A DNA stretch of 62,888 nucleotides, filler included, from Vannella sp. (GCA_023345925.1; 6 parts of 6 records of this genome joined end to end with filler, not necessarily neighbours in it); one strand, 5' to 3'; shown: positions 45,971 to 57,558, counted from the whole stretch's first letter. A program made the numbers and translations. The notes: generated by a model from the letters alone, not told the origin.

Positions 45971-46786
45971 ATGGAGGCCAAGAGCCCAAACAATGGGACG
46001 AGGCTCCGCGAACAGAACCGGACAAAGAAGGAGATGGAACCCCAATCGCCTTACCAAGATGGTGAAGAGGAAGAAGAGGAAGAAGAGGAAGAAGAGGGAG
46101 AAGAGGGAGAAGAGGAGGTAGAAGAGGAGGAAGAGGAAGAGGAAGAACCAACTTTCGGTCGTAGTGAGGAACCAGTGCCTCCTCCTGTCTCTCCAAAGGA
46201 GACAACCAGATATTGGCTCATGACCTTGGTGTTGTTAGCGCTTGCGGTGAACCTTGTAATGGTCTCGTTTTCGACAGGAGACGCACTTTCCCACTCTCCT
46301 CCTCTGGATGAGATCAGCAACCTGATCCTTTCCCATTCAACCGGCTCTCGTGGCATCTATGCTGCTACCCCAATGCGCAAGAGTACGTCTGCACTCATAG
46401 AGTCCCTAAGCAAGTCTTTCAACGAAGAGTATCCCTTCCTCTGCTCCCTGTGGATCACTGACCACCTCAAGAACAAAGAAGAAGCCATTTACAAGCTAAT
46501 CAATCGTTGCCAGAACCGCCCTGTGCTCCTCCAGGTCGAGGAAGGCTTGGTCGACTCCACTTTCTCCAACTTTCTCGAAAGCCTCATTGATGACAGCATG
46601 CCCTTTATCCGCTTTGAAGGCAAGCAACTCCCATGCCATCAACTCACTCTAGTAGTCTTCTTCCGCGTGGAGGAAGAGCTCCTTTCGAGTGAGTCAAAAG
46701 TGACTTATTTGCTTCGGGAGCGAGTTCGACCCAAATGGACAGACCGATTCGCTCAACGGTTCACTGAGGTTGCGATAGTGCTCTAG
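45971..46786 (+). CDS. Type II membrane protein: poly-Glu N-terminus, TM, degenerate torsin-like AAA+ domain
   Basis: Glu tract, TM YWLMTLVLLALAVNLVMVSF, then RCQNRPVLLQVEE...LESLIDD...GKQLPCHQLTLVVF...WTDRFAQRF; no Walker A motif. Confidence 0.55.
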   Translation: MEAKSPNNGTRLREQNRTKKEMEPQSPYQDGEEEEEEEEEEEGEEGEEEVEEEEEEEEEPTFGRSEEPVPPPVSPKETTRYWLMTLVLLALAVNLVMVSFSTGDALSHSPPLDEISNLILSHSTGSRGIYAATPMRKSTSALIESLSKSFNEEYPFLCSLWITDHLKNKEEAIYKLINRCQNRPVLLQVEEGLVDSTFSNFLESLIDDSMPFIRFEGKQLPCHQLTLVVFFRVEEELLSSESKVTYLLRERVRPKWTDRFAQRFTEVAIVL

Positions 46787-46798
46787 TAAATACTCCTT

Positions 46799-47963
46799 CT
46801 ACTGTATCAGAGCCACCAAGACAGTAATGTCGTCTGGTTTCCCTCCCATGTGGAACATTCCACTTGCATTTGCTTCTGTCATGTGAGGTGATACAACGTA
46901 AGGATTCTGAGACACCACAAAGACGTGTTCCACAATAGAAGCAGCCGCAGTGGCCTTCAAGGAACACGAATTCCCAGCAAAATGTTGGAGAATCTCTTCC
47001 TCAAACAGGTTGTCGAAGAGTCCATCAGTACCCACCACAAGGATGTCGCAAGAAAGAAGTCCAATGGTACCTTTGGCTGCCTGGTCGAGGCCATTCCCGT
47101 GCATTCCAATCTGAAAAGGAAAGTTGAAAGAGTGCATTTGCTCTGTCCCTCTGTCAGTGTCCACTACCATCTGTCAGAATGCTCTACTTGCCTGGAGAAC
47201 GGAAAAGGACGGATCCGTTGCGGATCACCAAGAAGCCAGAGTCTCCCAGGGAGGCAAAGTGCATTTGGGATTGATCGATTGTCAGACAGCAAGCTGTGCT
47301 ACTGCCTGGGATACTCATTGCAGCATCCTCTGCAATGCATAGTAAAGATAGGGGATCTCGAACAAACAGGTGCTCCACGCTACGTTGTACGGAAGCAGCG
47401 AGAGTCCTCGAATACACTCCCGAGTCGATTCCCTGTCTCCAGGGTTATAACCCTCATTCCTGAGTGATTGGTTGTTTGCTTACCGAGTAGGACCACCCTC
47501 CTACCCCGTCAAAGACGCAGAGAATGCGTTGATCAGGGCTGATATAGTGAGCATCCTCTCCTCCCGTTCCGATCTTATCAGGGTGAGGGCGTCGAGCCAC
47601 TTGCACGTGAGTCGTCTCCATACTAGTAGAACTTGGTCTGGGCTCCTGCGGAGTACGAATGAGAAGCTCCGCGCAAACTAACGAAGGAGCCGAAGTTCTC
47701 TCTGGGCGAAGCGTCCGCATCGTCAGCCCTAGCTCCGTTAGCATCCCTGACTGACCGCCCAGAGTATCATACAAAAGTAGCTCCAACAAACCATCACAAA
47801 CAACAGCGCGACCAACCCCAGTCGCATCCTTCTCCTTATCCTCCTGCCAAGGGGAGGCAGCCGAGCCATCTTGAAATGATGAACAATGTGGAGAGAGCTG
47901 AGCCCCACCATTTCCCACCCTTCTGACCAACACAGGGAAGGAGGTCACGTGATTCTGTCTCAT
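46799..47963 (-). CDS. PTC7: PP2C phosphatase, PTC7 family (start uncertain; multi-exon)
   Basis: PHPDK..GGEDA, VFDGVGGW, GSSTAC, LGDSGF, QMHSFNFPFQIG, GTDGLFDNL, GGKPDDITV. Confidence 0.9.
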
Positions 47964-48138
47964 GTCCAAGTCCAGACCTGAAACGACCTTATATTGGACC
48001 GGGAATGAAAAGAATGCGATTTTTATAAGATTTCAGTTTTCTACTTCTTTGACCTTAGGAGGGATCCAAATCGGTAAGGAGGACCTCCCAAAACGGAATG
48101 ATTCCTCTGGCAGGTCTTTTGGACATTCTCTCTTGGCC

Positions 48139-50606
48139 ATGGCAACGGAACCTGTCATTACTGCTGGCTGGTTGTATCGTGAAGAGGCCGTGCAGGGCTC
48201 TCTTACTACATGGAAGAAGAGATGGAACGTACTCACCGTCCACAAACTACAATGCTTCAAACACAACAACGTGAGACACCTACGCCCTTCTTCCTTCCTT
48301 GTGTGGCTAACCAGAACCCTCTCCAGGCTACGGAGCCAATCTCCTCTTTGTCTGTAGCTTCTGTAGAAGCTATGGCCTACGGAGCTACTATCTCAGGCGA
48401 TGCGAACCGAACCTTTGCGTTCTCTCTGACCACCCCACGCGGGGACATCAAACTGGCAGCAGAGAATGAAGAGAGTACGTCACTCACACCGTTCCTCCTT
48501 CCTCTCTGGCGACTAATACGCGGACTAGCGCGTGAGCAATGGTGCACTACCCTCCGTTTGCTCGTTCCCCAAGCCAAGGCGGAACTCTCCAAGGAAATGC
48601 TCATGCGCAAGGCCAAGCGCAAGGCTAACCTTGAACTGGCACAACAGCAAGTCAAAGAAGCTATTGAGTCCATCCTCCGTGACGCCAAGCGCGTGGCTGT
48701 CCGAGGAGGATTCAAGACCTACGCGGACGCCCTCTGCGAGTGCTTCATGGGCCTCCTTAATGCCGTAGAGCTTGTCAGTGAGATGGGACTTAACAGTGCG
48801 AAGCAGTGTGCGTACTCTATCTCTTCTATCGTAGACTCTGCCAACTCTGCTGCTGCCGTCTGCACGAACAAAGCCATTCAAGACGAGATCGTCGTGAGGA
48901 CTCGGGACATCGCTATTGAGACTGCCAACTTGCTTGGACATGCTACGACTGCTTCTCGTGATGCCAGTGCACAACAGAAGATGTTTGAGTGCCTCGACTC
49001 GCTCAAGGACCAAGTCCAGCAGATGCTGGACCTTTTGGCAGCGGCTGGTAACCTCCAGCAGCAGATGGATGACGCTAAGATGTACATTGAAGTAGCTCTT
49101 GAAGCTCCTACCATGAGAGGCGACACGAACCGCTCTCTCGAGAGCTGCGTCCAAACCCTCAACGATAGAGCCCAAGCTCTGACCACAACCATCAAGAACA
49201 TCTCTGACAACGCTTGCGTGATGCCAGAGAGGGTAGGAGAGTTCTCTAAAACGACCGCCAAGCTGATGTGCGAGCTCCTGGACGCCACAAACATCATCGC
49301 CATTCAAAGTGGCGTGGATATGAACGACCCTGGCTACTTGGCAGGCACTTCTGCTATCAGTGAGCATAAGAAGCAACAGATTGAGTCGCTTTTGGCTGCT
49401 GCTAAAGGGTTCGCTGCGGCTACGACCAACATGATTGACCTTCTTAAGCAGATTCCCAACCAGGAGGATGACGAGAACCTTCAGTTCCGACTCAGCATGG
49501 CCACACGCTCCGCTGACAATGCACTGAATGCGTTTATGTCCGCCTCCTCCGGAGTTGATACGGAGGCCCAGAAGCGCAAACTCCCAGAACGAGCTCCAGC
49601 GAACTATGGCGTCGTTGACTTTGATGACTATTCATCCCCTGCTGTTGTCACTACCTCCACACAGGTCCTCGATGCCGAGAAGGAGCTCTTGGCCGCTCTC
49701 AATTCCATTGAGGCATCCGTATCTCGATTGACCTTTGCACCAGCGAGTGCCCCGACTGCCGCTGCTGCTGCTGGGAGGGGAGTTTCTCCTCGAGGGCGTG
49801 GACAGAACAGTCCCCGTGTCGGGCCATCTGTTCCGTCCGATTCGGGAGCCTCTTCTGCCACAGTAAAGGCAGCGAGGAAGATGTGCGAAGCCACTGCGGC
49901 ACTGATGACCTCGGCCATGGAGGCACAGAAGGACATACAAAAGTTCGATGGAGCCACTTACCGAAACGACCCCAATTGGACAAGTGGCGTTGTGAGCAGT
50001 GCCAAGGCAGTGGCAGAGACCACTGAACTGCTGGTAAACGTGTCCTGCAATCCTTCTAGTAGTCCTGAAGACGTTGTGGCCGCTGTCCGATGCGTGAATG
50101 GAGCAACCGCCCGCCTGGTAGCCTTCACTCGCGTCAAAGGTGACCCGAATAGTCCTTCGCAGAAGACTCTTGAGGCTTCCTCTCGGGCCATCGCCAAGGC
50201 AGCGAACAACCTAGTGGAGGTAGCCAAACGCCAGAAGCAAAGCGAGACGAATGCCAAGTCAGATGCGTCACTGAAAGACATCCGAACGGCCCCGAAGACT
50301 CGCCAAATCAAGCTGGAGTTCGAAGCGCAAGCCCGCATTGCCAAGCTTGAAGTAGACCTGGATGCAGCTCGTCAGTACCTCTTTAAGCTTCGCCGGGCTG
50401 TCTATGGCAACGAGCCATCAGCCATGGACAACAGCAAGGTTGGGACCAAGTCTCCTACTCCTTCTCGGGGTGGGCCATCCCGGGGTTCAGCGGGAGCTAC
50501 GCGAGGTGCTGCACGTGGTGCTGCAAACTCTCCCAGAGGAATGACAAGGGGAGCTACACGAGGTGCCCCACGTGGAGGCGCAAGCCCCAAACCTCTGCCA
50601 CGTTAA
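48139..50606 (+). CDS. PH domain plus talin-rod-like helical bundles plus I/LWEQ actin-binding domain
   Basis: PH: AGWL...WKKRWNVL...LAAENEE..EQW; I/LWEQ: YRNDPNWTSGVVSSAKAVA...ATARLVAFTRVKGDPNS...EFEAQARIAKLEVDLDAARQYLFKLRR; RG-rich tail. Confidence 0.85.
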
Positions 50607-50665
50607 GTCCTGGCTTGAGCTTGGGCAACTAACAGAAGACCTTTCAATACATAGCTTTCACGCCT

Positions 50666-51361
50666 TTAGTAGGGGATCTCAAACTCTCTCTCTGGCAGCC
50701 TTTGAGCCAGCAGAACGTCCTTCCCGTGGGACTTGAGGAGGGTCGTGACGGTTTCGATCTTCTTTTTCGAAGCTTCCTCGCGCCTACGCTCGCGGTCTGC
50801 AAGCTGTTGTCGGTGGAGTGCCTCCTCATCGTCGAAGATGAAGGTACCAGCCTCAGGTTCAAGGGAGGCTGCTTCTCGGGCCTCTTGACGGAGCTGGCGC
50901 CGTCGTTGCTTGCCCTCCCACTTGTCCCTGTCAATGTACTTCTTGTGTGGAAGTAGTGCCATGTTATAGTTCTCACGGTAGTCCTCAAAGTGTTTGAGTA
51001 AGTCCCGGCGACTGAGACTCTCCACGGAAGCGCCCTTCACCTCGCGCAACCAACTTTCCAACTCGCCTTGCTTCCTTGCATAGTCTGAAGGCTGCAAGAT
51101 ACCGTAGTAGCCATAAGGCTTCTTCTTCTTCGTCCTCTCCTTCTTCGCCTTCTTCCTCTTGGGTTCTTTCTCTCCCCTTTCCTCTTTGTCTCTCTTCGTA
51201 TGCTCTTTCTCGCTCGACCTTCTTCGCTTCCTATCAGGAGAGTCCCTCGTACTCTCCTCCTCACCACGCCGTCGCTTTGATTCACGAAGAGAGTGAACTA
51301 AGGGTCGGTCAGGCGAAAGATCGTAATCGCTCCTCCCACGCTGGGCCTCTCGGTTGGGCAT
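50666..51361 (-). CDS. Conserved eukaryotic protein of unknown function with a basic N-terminus
   Basis: YG.YGIL..SD...K..E...WL.EVK...F.DY.E.YN.A.LPH.KY.D..KWE pattern, recalled from uncharacterised plant/fungal/protist proteins. Confidence 0.65.
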   Translation of the reverse strand: MPNREAQRGRSDYDLSPDRPLVHSLRESKRRRGEEESTRDSPDRKRRRSSEKEHTKRDKEERGEKEPKRKKAKKERTKKKKPYGYYGILQPSDYARKQGELESWLREVKGASVESLSRRDLLKHFEDYRENYNMALLPHKKYIDRDKWEGKQRRRQLRQEAREAASLEPEAGTFIFDDEEALHRQQLADRERRREEASKKKIETVTTLLKSHGKDVLLAQRLPEREFEIPY

Positions 51362-51592
51362 GTGATGGGAAAATGGCAGACTTGACAGCTAGGTTGATGG
51401 ACACGGAGGAAGAGGGTGTCGTTGAGACCTTCTCGGAGGGAAGACAACTCAAAGAGCCCAACAACTTCACTTTCTTCATAACTTTACAATAAGTGCCTTC
51501 CAATTGGCCTTCTTTCATTCTCTAGACTGCGCGGACTCCGACGTATCGTGCGGATCGGATAAAGTCGTTCATCAAAAGGCCGCAAAGCAATT

Positions 51593-51692
51593 NNNNNNNN
51601 NNNNNNNNNNNNNNNNNNNNNNNNNNNNNNNNNNNNTTAATTAATTAANNNNNNNNNNNNNNNNNNNNNNNNNNNNNNNNNNNNNNNNNNNN
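51593..51692. other. Artificial contig linker
   Basis: N-run/TTAATTAATTAA/N-run. Confidence 0.98.
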
Positions 51693-52527
51693 CACGCGGA
51701 TACATTCGCGCAGCAATTCAAGCGGGATTGGGGCCGCGCCGTATATGATATATTTAAGGCGGCTGAAATCGGTCGTCGCCGCGCGCGGATGGTTGATGAC
51801 CATCTGAAGTGCAGCAGGCACCATGAAGAAGCGCGTGACGCCGCCTTTTTCAACCGCATCAAGCACAGCGTCGGGCGTAAATTCAGCAAGCACATAGGCA
51901 GGAACCCCCGCCGCGAGCGCCATCACGCCCAAACCTGTTCCGCCAATATGGGCACAGGGCATCGCAACTAGCGCAACCTCATCATCATCCCACTGCGCCC
52001 AAGGCAGGGCCGCATCGGCGGCGGGCAAACGCAGACCAAACAGATTTTTATTTGACAGCACCGCGCCCTTCGGATTGCCCGTTGTGCCTGATGTATAAAG
52101 CTGAAGCACCGCATCATCAGGGCCAGCAGGTTCAAAACCTGCCGGTGCCGCGCCGTCAATCCACGCCCGCGCCTCATCCGCCGAAAGCACCTGTTCGACA
52201 TGGGGAAGGTCAGCCGCAATCGCGCGCGCCGTGTCATCAAAACCTGGGCCAGCAAACAGTAACCGTGCCTCAGTATCGCCAACGATATAGCCCACTTCAA
52301 CCGGCGACAGCCGCCAGCCAACCGGCACCATCACCACACCAAGCCGCGCCGCACCAAAAAATAGGGTGAAGTACAGGTCAGAGTTTTTGCCGAGCCATGC
52401 GATCCTATCGCCCTTTTTAAGGCCAGCCGATTGCAGTGCCGCCACGACCTGCGCGGTGCGCGCTTCAAGCCCGGCGAAGGTCAAGATGCGATCTTCTTCG
52501 ATCAGCGCCTGTATGGCCGGCCTCGCG
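51693..52527 (-). CDS. Bacterial-type long-chain fatty acid-CoA ligase fragment (alphaproteobacterial-like)
   Basis: AMP-binding LYTSGTTGNPKG, GDRIAWLGKNSD, MPCAHIGG and YGAAPIP motifs; intronless; GCG/GGC/CGC-rich codon use unlike neighbouring genes. Confidence 0.9.
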
Positions 52528-53682
52528 CTCAACACAAACTCCGCCATTTATCAGTTCAAGCTCTTCGCAGAGTGCTACCCTTTTTGCATCAACCTCTCGG
52601 AGCATGGAGAGCATTATTTCCTCAAGTCCCCTCCGAAATGGATCTGAATCGAACACAATCCCCCCTCTCTTAGATGAGACTCGCACAATGAGCACAATGA
52701 GCACTGAAAAAAGTCCATCACTATCTTCGTCGGCTCTCACAAACAGTCCGATGGAGACCTCTTCCTTGGTCTTTTCTCTTTCCAGTGTCTCCTCGTCTTC
52801 TTATTCTTCGAGCTACTTCTCTTCTTCTCCCAACTCCACCTCCAGTGAGATAATCAAGTCCATTGAACGTCCTTCATTCGCGCCGGTTGGGTCTTTTTCG
52901 ATCAGCCTCAGCCCTTCAATTACAATCAATGATGCTTCTGAAGAGCTTGTTCAAATCAATCCTTCCAGCGTCAGTTCCAACTTAGCAGTGGAGCTTATCA
53001 ATTCCAGAGGGGATCTATTGGGAATCCTTCTTGTTCCACCATTATTGACAAGCCAACCAAACACTACTTTGGCTGCCTTCGACGTGGACAGAGGGACCTC
53101 TTCAAACGGACAGGCTCTTGTTAGTTCTATTCTAGAAATCACATTGGTGGACAACGAAGGAACTTTTGTTACCCAATTGGACTCTCCCTTGACCATCTGC
53201 TTGGCCCTTGCTAACGAGACGAAGAAGACTGAGAGAATCTGTTTAAGTTACTACGATGAGCAAAGAGGCAAGTGGAGATGCGAGGATAACTGTCTTGTGA
53301 CCAATCGCACGAGGGAGGATAATCTTCTTTGCGGCCAAACGGATCATCTCACCAACTTTGCGTTGCTCTTATCTGCCAAGGGAAGTCAAGCCGATCCTTG
53401 CCAGTCCAATCAAGCAGACACCACTCTGTCTTGGTTGTCTTTTGGACTGATTTTGGGATCGATTCTATTGGTCTCCTTGTGTGGATTGGTGATCGAGTTA
53501 CAGATTCGCTATCGGCGTTACAAACGCCAAAAGTTCATTGGTGCGTTGATAGAGCCTTCTTTGTCGCTTCCTTTCTCATTTTGGGTGCAGCCGGCATTGA
53601 GATACTCGAGGAGGGGAATAATCGAGAGATTCTTTGTGAGCATTCCTGTGTTTCCTGTCATTCGTTGCTCACTCCTGTAGGA
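52528..53682 (+). CDS. Ser/Thr stalk plus GAIN/GPS plus single-TM protein, 5'-truncated (paralog of 54379-57017)
   Basis: CLSYYDEQRGKWRC...LCGQTDHLTNFALLL then one TM; introns 53541-53590 and 53636-53680; product ends REIL*. Confidence 0.8.
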
Positions 53683-54378
53683 CACTACTTTGGCTGATGA
53701 CTAATAAGATTAGGGAGACGAAGTAAGCCATGATTTCCTTCCAGCTGCTCACTTTCCTTTCTGTTTGTTGCCACATAGTGATCACAAACAGAACAGGTCG
53801 AGAACAGGTCCTCCAAAGAGTCTCTGTCATCATAAAACTCAGGCGCGCTCTCTGAACAGTTCTTTTACAGTCTGTCAGTTTTCCCCTGGCGATCGGACGA
53901 GGTAGTGGCTTACTTGGGAACAGGCTGCACACAACAAGATGTTCGCTGCCCATGCCTTTCGGTTTAGAGACGCAGCGGTCTTGCTTGCTGGTCCATCGAC
54001 AGCGGTCTTGCTGGAACCAGAAGCGGAGGGTAAGGTGAGGCACTGCGCAGACTGTTGTGTCTTTGGCGCATACATGACGAAATCAAACATCATGTCCATC
54101 CTTCAAAAGCCCCACACAGAGAGAATTCACCGCCCCACACAACCACGTCCGGGCCCTGGTGAGGAAAATCAATAATTCCCGGTAATTTTGGGACCATTAA
54201 CTTCTCTGTCTTCCTCGCATTGAAGAGTTCACCTTTCAAGGTATGCCGGATAGTGGCACGATGAAGCAACCAAAAGTGAGATCGTATTCCATGAAAGTGG
54301 GAAAATCTCGAATCCCAATCTGTCTTCAAATCCCGATCTGTCTTTGAAACCATTTTTGCTCATTGACACCATTTGCTC

Positions 54379-57017
54379 ATGGTGCGGGTAGGGTGGGTGC
54401 TTCTTCTCCTCGTAGGTGCCGCTTTTAGTCTCTCTCAAGTACAAAGGGACTCTCTGATGGTGCTGTACAACGCTACGGGAGGCCTGTTTTGGACACAGCA
54501 GGGTAACTGGAGCACCTCCAACGATCCCTGCGACTTTCCGGGCTGGTATGGAGTGACTTGCAGCAATCAGAATGTAACCAAGCTTGACCTTCCCACAAAC
54601 AACCTCATTGGCACACTCCCTGATCTTCAGTTGCCCTTCCTGACCTACTTGTGAGTCAAAGGAGGTCGATTTCTCCACCAGGACTCACAAAGCCTTATCC
54701 AGAGATCTATCAACGAACAACCTCATTGGTACCCTTCCAGAATGGCCAAATCTGCCGGAGTTGCGCCAAATGTAAGAGAAACGCAGGAGAAAGCAGCGCG
54801 CGTTGTCACTCAGGCGATGGGTTATCCAGGATCTTGTTTGCAAACGGTCTAACAGGTACTCTCCCAACGTGGCCTAACATCACAAACTTGGAGACCTTGT
54901 GAGTATCTGCCAAAGTGAAAGAAATCATCTCTGACCCCCCAAAGGTACTTGTCTGACAACAATATCACTGGAACTCTCCCTGAGTGGCCTACAATAGCTA
55001 GTTTGGCTTATGTGTTAGTGCTCTTCTTCACCTGGAGTCAAGTACTGAGTTGAACTTGAAGGTCTTTAGAACAGAACCAAATCTTTGGTACCATTCCAGC
55101 ATGGCCTCAGCTGTTGAACATGACGTTTCTGTACGATTCAAAACCACTGAACAGATGACATGACTAACAAACGCACCAGATCTCTCACAAATAACAGAAT
55201 CAGTGGAACCATCCCCAATTGGGCTTTCCCTGTGCTCAATGTGGCTTCCTTGGGAGGAAGGAATCGTCTTTGTGGAGAGTTGCCAGATCTCAGCCCAACC
55301 GTACAGTCCCTGACGATCAACTTGGATCAGCAAATCTTCAATTGCAGTAGCGGATCAGTTCCGAGCTACTACGTTGGGTCTTACTCCTGTAACACCTCCA
55401 TTGACTGTCCCTCAACAACCTCGCCATCTTTTTCGCCTAGCATGAGTGTTTCTGCCCCTGAAACTCCCTCTCCGACAGTTTCCTCATCCTCAAGTTTCAG
55501 TGGGACAATCACGTTCACCAGAACTCCGTCCCCTTCTCAGAGTGGGACTGAAAGTAGCAGCTTAACAGCTTCTGAAACAGCTTCGTTGTCCGCTGCAGAT
55601 GAAACACCGACCTCGGCAGAAACTCCTTCTCCCACTTCATCTGGCAGTGCAAGCCCGTCTCTTTCGCTCAGTGAATCAGAGAGCAAAAGTTCCACACTCT
55701 CGACATCTGTTACAAAGTCGTCCTCCCCCTCAGAGTACTCAGAGAGTCAAAGTCAGACACCAACGCATTCTATTTCCGGTTCGGGAACATCTTTGCCTTC
55801 TTCTAGCATCATCCTATCAGACAGTGTTTCCGGAACAACTACAGCGACAGTGACAGTCACCAGATATACAGTCCCTGGCAGTGAGAGTGAGACAATCTCA
55901 GCCTCTCAGAGTGTATCAGAAAGTTACTCGGCACAAAGGAATGAAATCCCTTCAGCCTCCGAATCAAGACCAGCACCTTCCTTTGCATCTACCTCTGAAT
56001 CAAGATTTGGTTCTCCTTTTGCGTCGACTTCTCCAAGCGCCCTGTCCCAAAGTGCCCCACAAACTGGGCCTGAATCGATGACAATCCTCCCTTCCTCCAG
56101 TGGTACTGGTATTCTGCCCACTTATTCCTCTTTCATCACGAGCTACGTCTCTGCTGACAAGTCCACCCAGGGAACTTACAGTGTCCCAACAAGTGAGCCT
56201 TCATTTACGACATCTCCAAACCAGACACCAAGTGAATCCTCGTCAGTCTCCGTGAGGCCCTCAACAAGTGAATCAGCCCTTGAAGCCCTTATTCAAATCC
56301 ATCCTTCGGATCTCACTTCCAACTCGGTTGTGGAGCTCACTAATTCCAGAGGGGATCTTTTAGGCAGCCTTCTGATTCCTCTGAATCTGACCAGTCAATC
56401 AGATACCACTTTGACTGTCTTCTACGCGAAGAACATTCCCTCTGTCAACGGGGAAGCTCTTGCAAGTCCTGTCTTGAACATCACATTGTTGGACAACGAA
56501 GGCACTTTCGTCACGCAATTGGACTCTCCCTTGACTATCTGCTTGGCCCATTTAAACGAGACAAAGAAGGAAGGAGTCTGTTTGAGCTACTACGATGAAC
56601 AGAAGAGCAAATGGCGATGCGAAGACGAATGTCTAGTGACCAATCGCTCCAGGAAGGATTCTCTTCTTTGCGGCCGAACGGATCATCTCACCAACTTTGC
56701 GTTGCTCCTGAATGGCAAAGAAAGTCGAACCGATCTTTGCCAGTCCAGTCAACAAGACAACACTCTTTCCTGGGTCTCTTTCGGAATGGTTTTAGGCGCT
56801 GTAGTCCTGGTCTGTCTATGCGGTTTGGTGATAGAAGTGCAGATTCGGTACCGGCGATACAAGCGGAAGAAGTTTATCAGTAAGTCTGCCTCCCTCTGGT
56901 CACGTCCTTTCTCAATTTGGGTCCAGCAAGCATCACCGTCATTGATCCAGAGGAAATGAAAGAGATTCTATGTGAGTGGCTCCCTCCTCCGTCATCCAAA
57001 CTAACTCGGTCGCAGAA
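54379..57017 (+). CDS. LRR plus mucin-like stalk plus GAIN/GPS plus single-TM receptor-like protein
   Basis: Signal peptide, LYNATGG..W...W...C...WYGVTC cap, LRR exons (NNLIGTLP), long S/T tract, GPS DHLTNFALLL, one TM, ends KEIL*. Confidence 0.85.
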
Positions 57018-57289
57018 GAACATCACTTTCGAAATGATGGCCGATCCTTTAGGAAGGATTGGAGCCTCTTTCGCCTCCATGAAAGACTTATAAACCACCA
57101 ATTCAATGCTCCACTTCGAGCTCAGAACGTAGATCCATCTTGAGTCCGTCGGAGGAACGCATCACTGATCCAGGAAGGTGTTTTCACTCATCCACGACTT
57201 TCATTGCAACGAACACGACCCAAGAACCTCCAGTACCTCATTGACTGTCCTCGCACCATTGATCCATTCGGATCATTCTGTTAGAACTT

Positions 57290-57462
57290 GAAAAAATCCG
57301 CGAGCCAAGGGGGAAGAGGGTACCAAAACCTGTGTATAAAGTAGAGTGTCCTGATGACCTCCATCTCTTCAGGATAAGCTTTTGAATTGATTTCATTTTT
57401 TGAGTTTTGGGTGCTTCAAAGGACCATATGCCGCAATTGGTAACTTTTCTCGGTAGAACTTG
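57290..57462. repeat. Dispersed non-coding element, copy 2
   Basis: Same 33-bp core plus shared ggggaaga, tgatttcatttttt and acttttctc....gaacttg blocks. Confidence 0.85.
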
Positions 57463-57558
57463 AGAATGCCCTCAGCCTATCACTGACACGTTAACAGGGA
57501 TCTAGCAAGGAATGAATTTGCCGGATGTTTCATTTGTTGCTGTCCAAAAGGGTTCGCC

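Noticed and set aside
46064..46148. GAA/GAG repeat tract
   Set aside because: Encodes the poly-Glu segment of the CDS; not an independent repeat or CRISPR array.
48525..49376. Long antisense ORFs (also 58382-59140, 10646-11368, 9424-9975)
   Set aside because: Shadows of codon-biased real genes; no recognisable motifs.
52436..52547. Overlapping starts of ORF 52436 (+) and ORF 52547 (-) as real N-termini
   Set aside because: Each reads across the bacterial-eukaryotic junction into foreign sequence.
53678..54099. Possible small spliced Cys-containing gene between the GPS paralogs
   Set aside because: A model can be built but has no recognisable homology and ambiguous splice sites.
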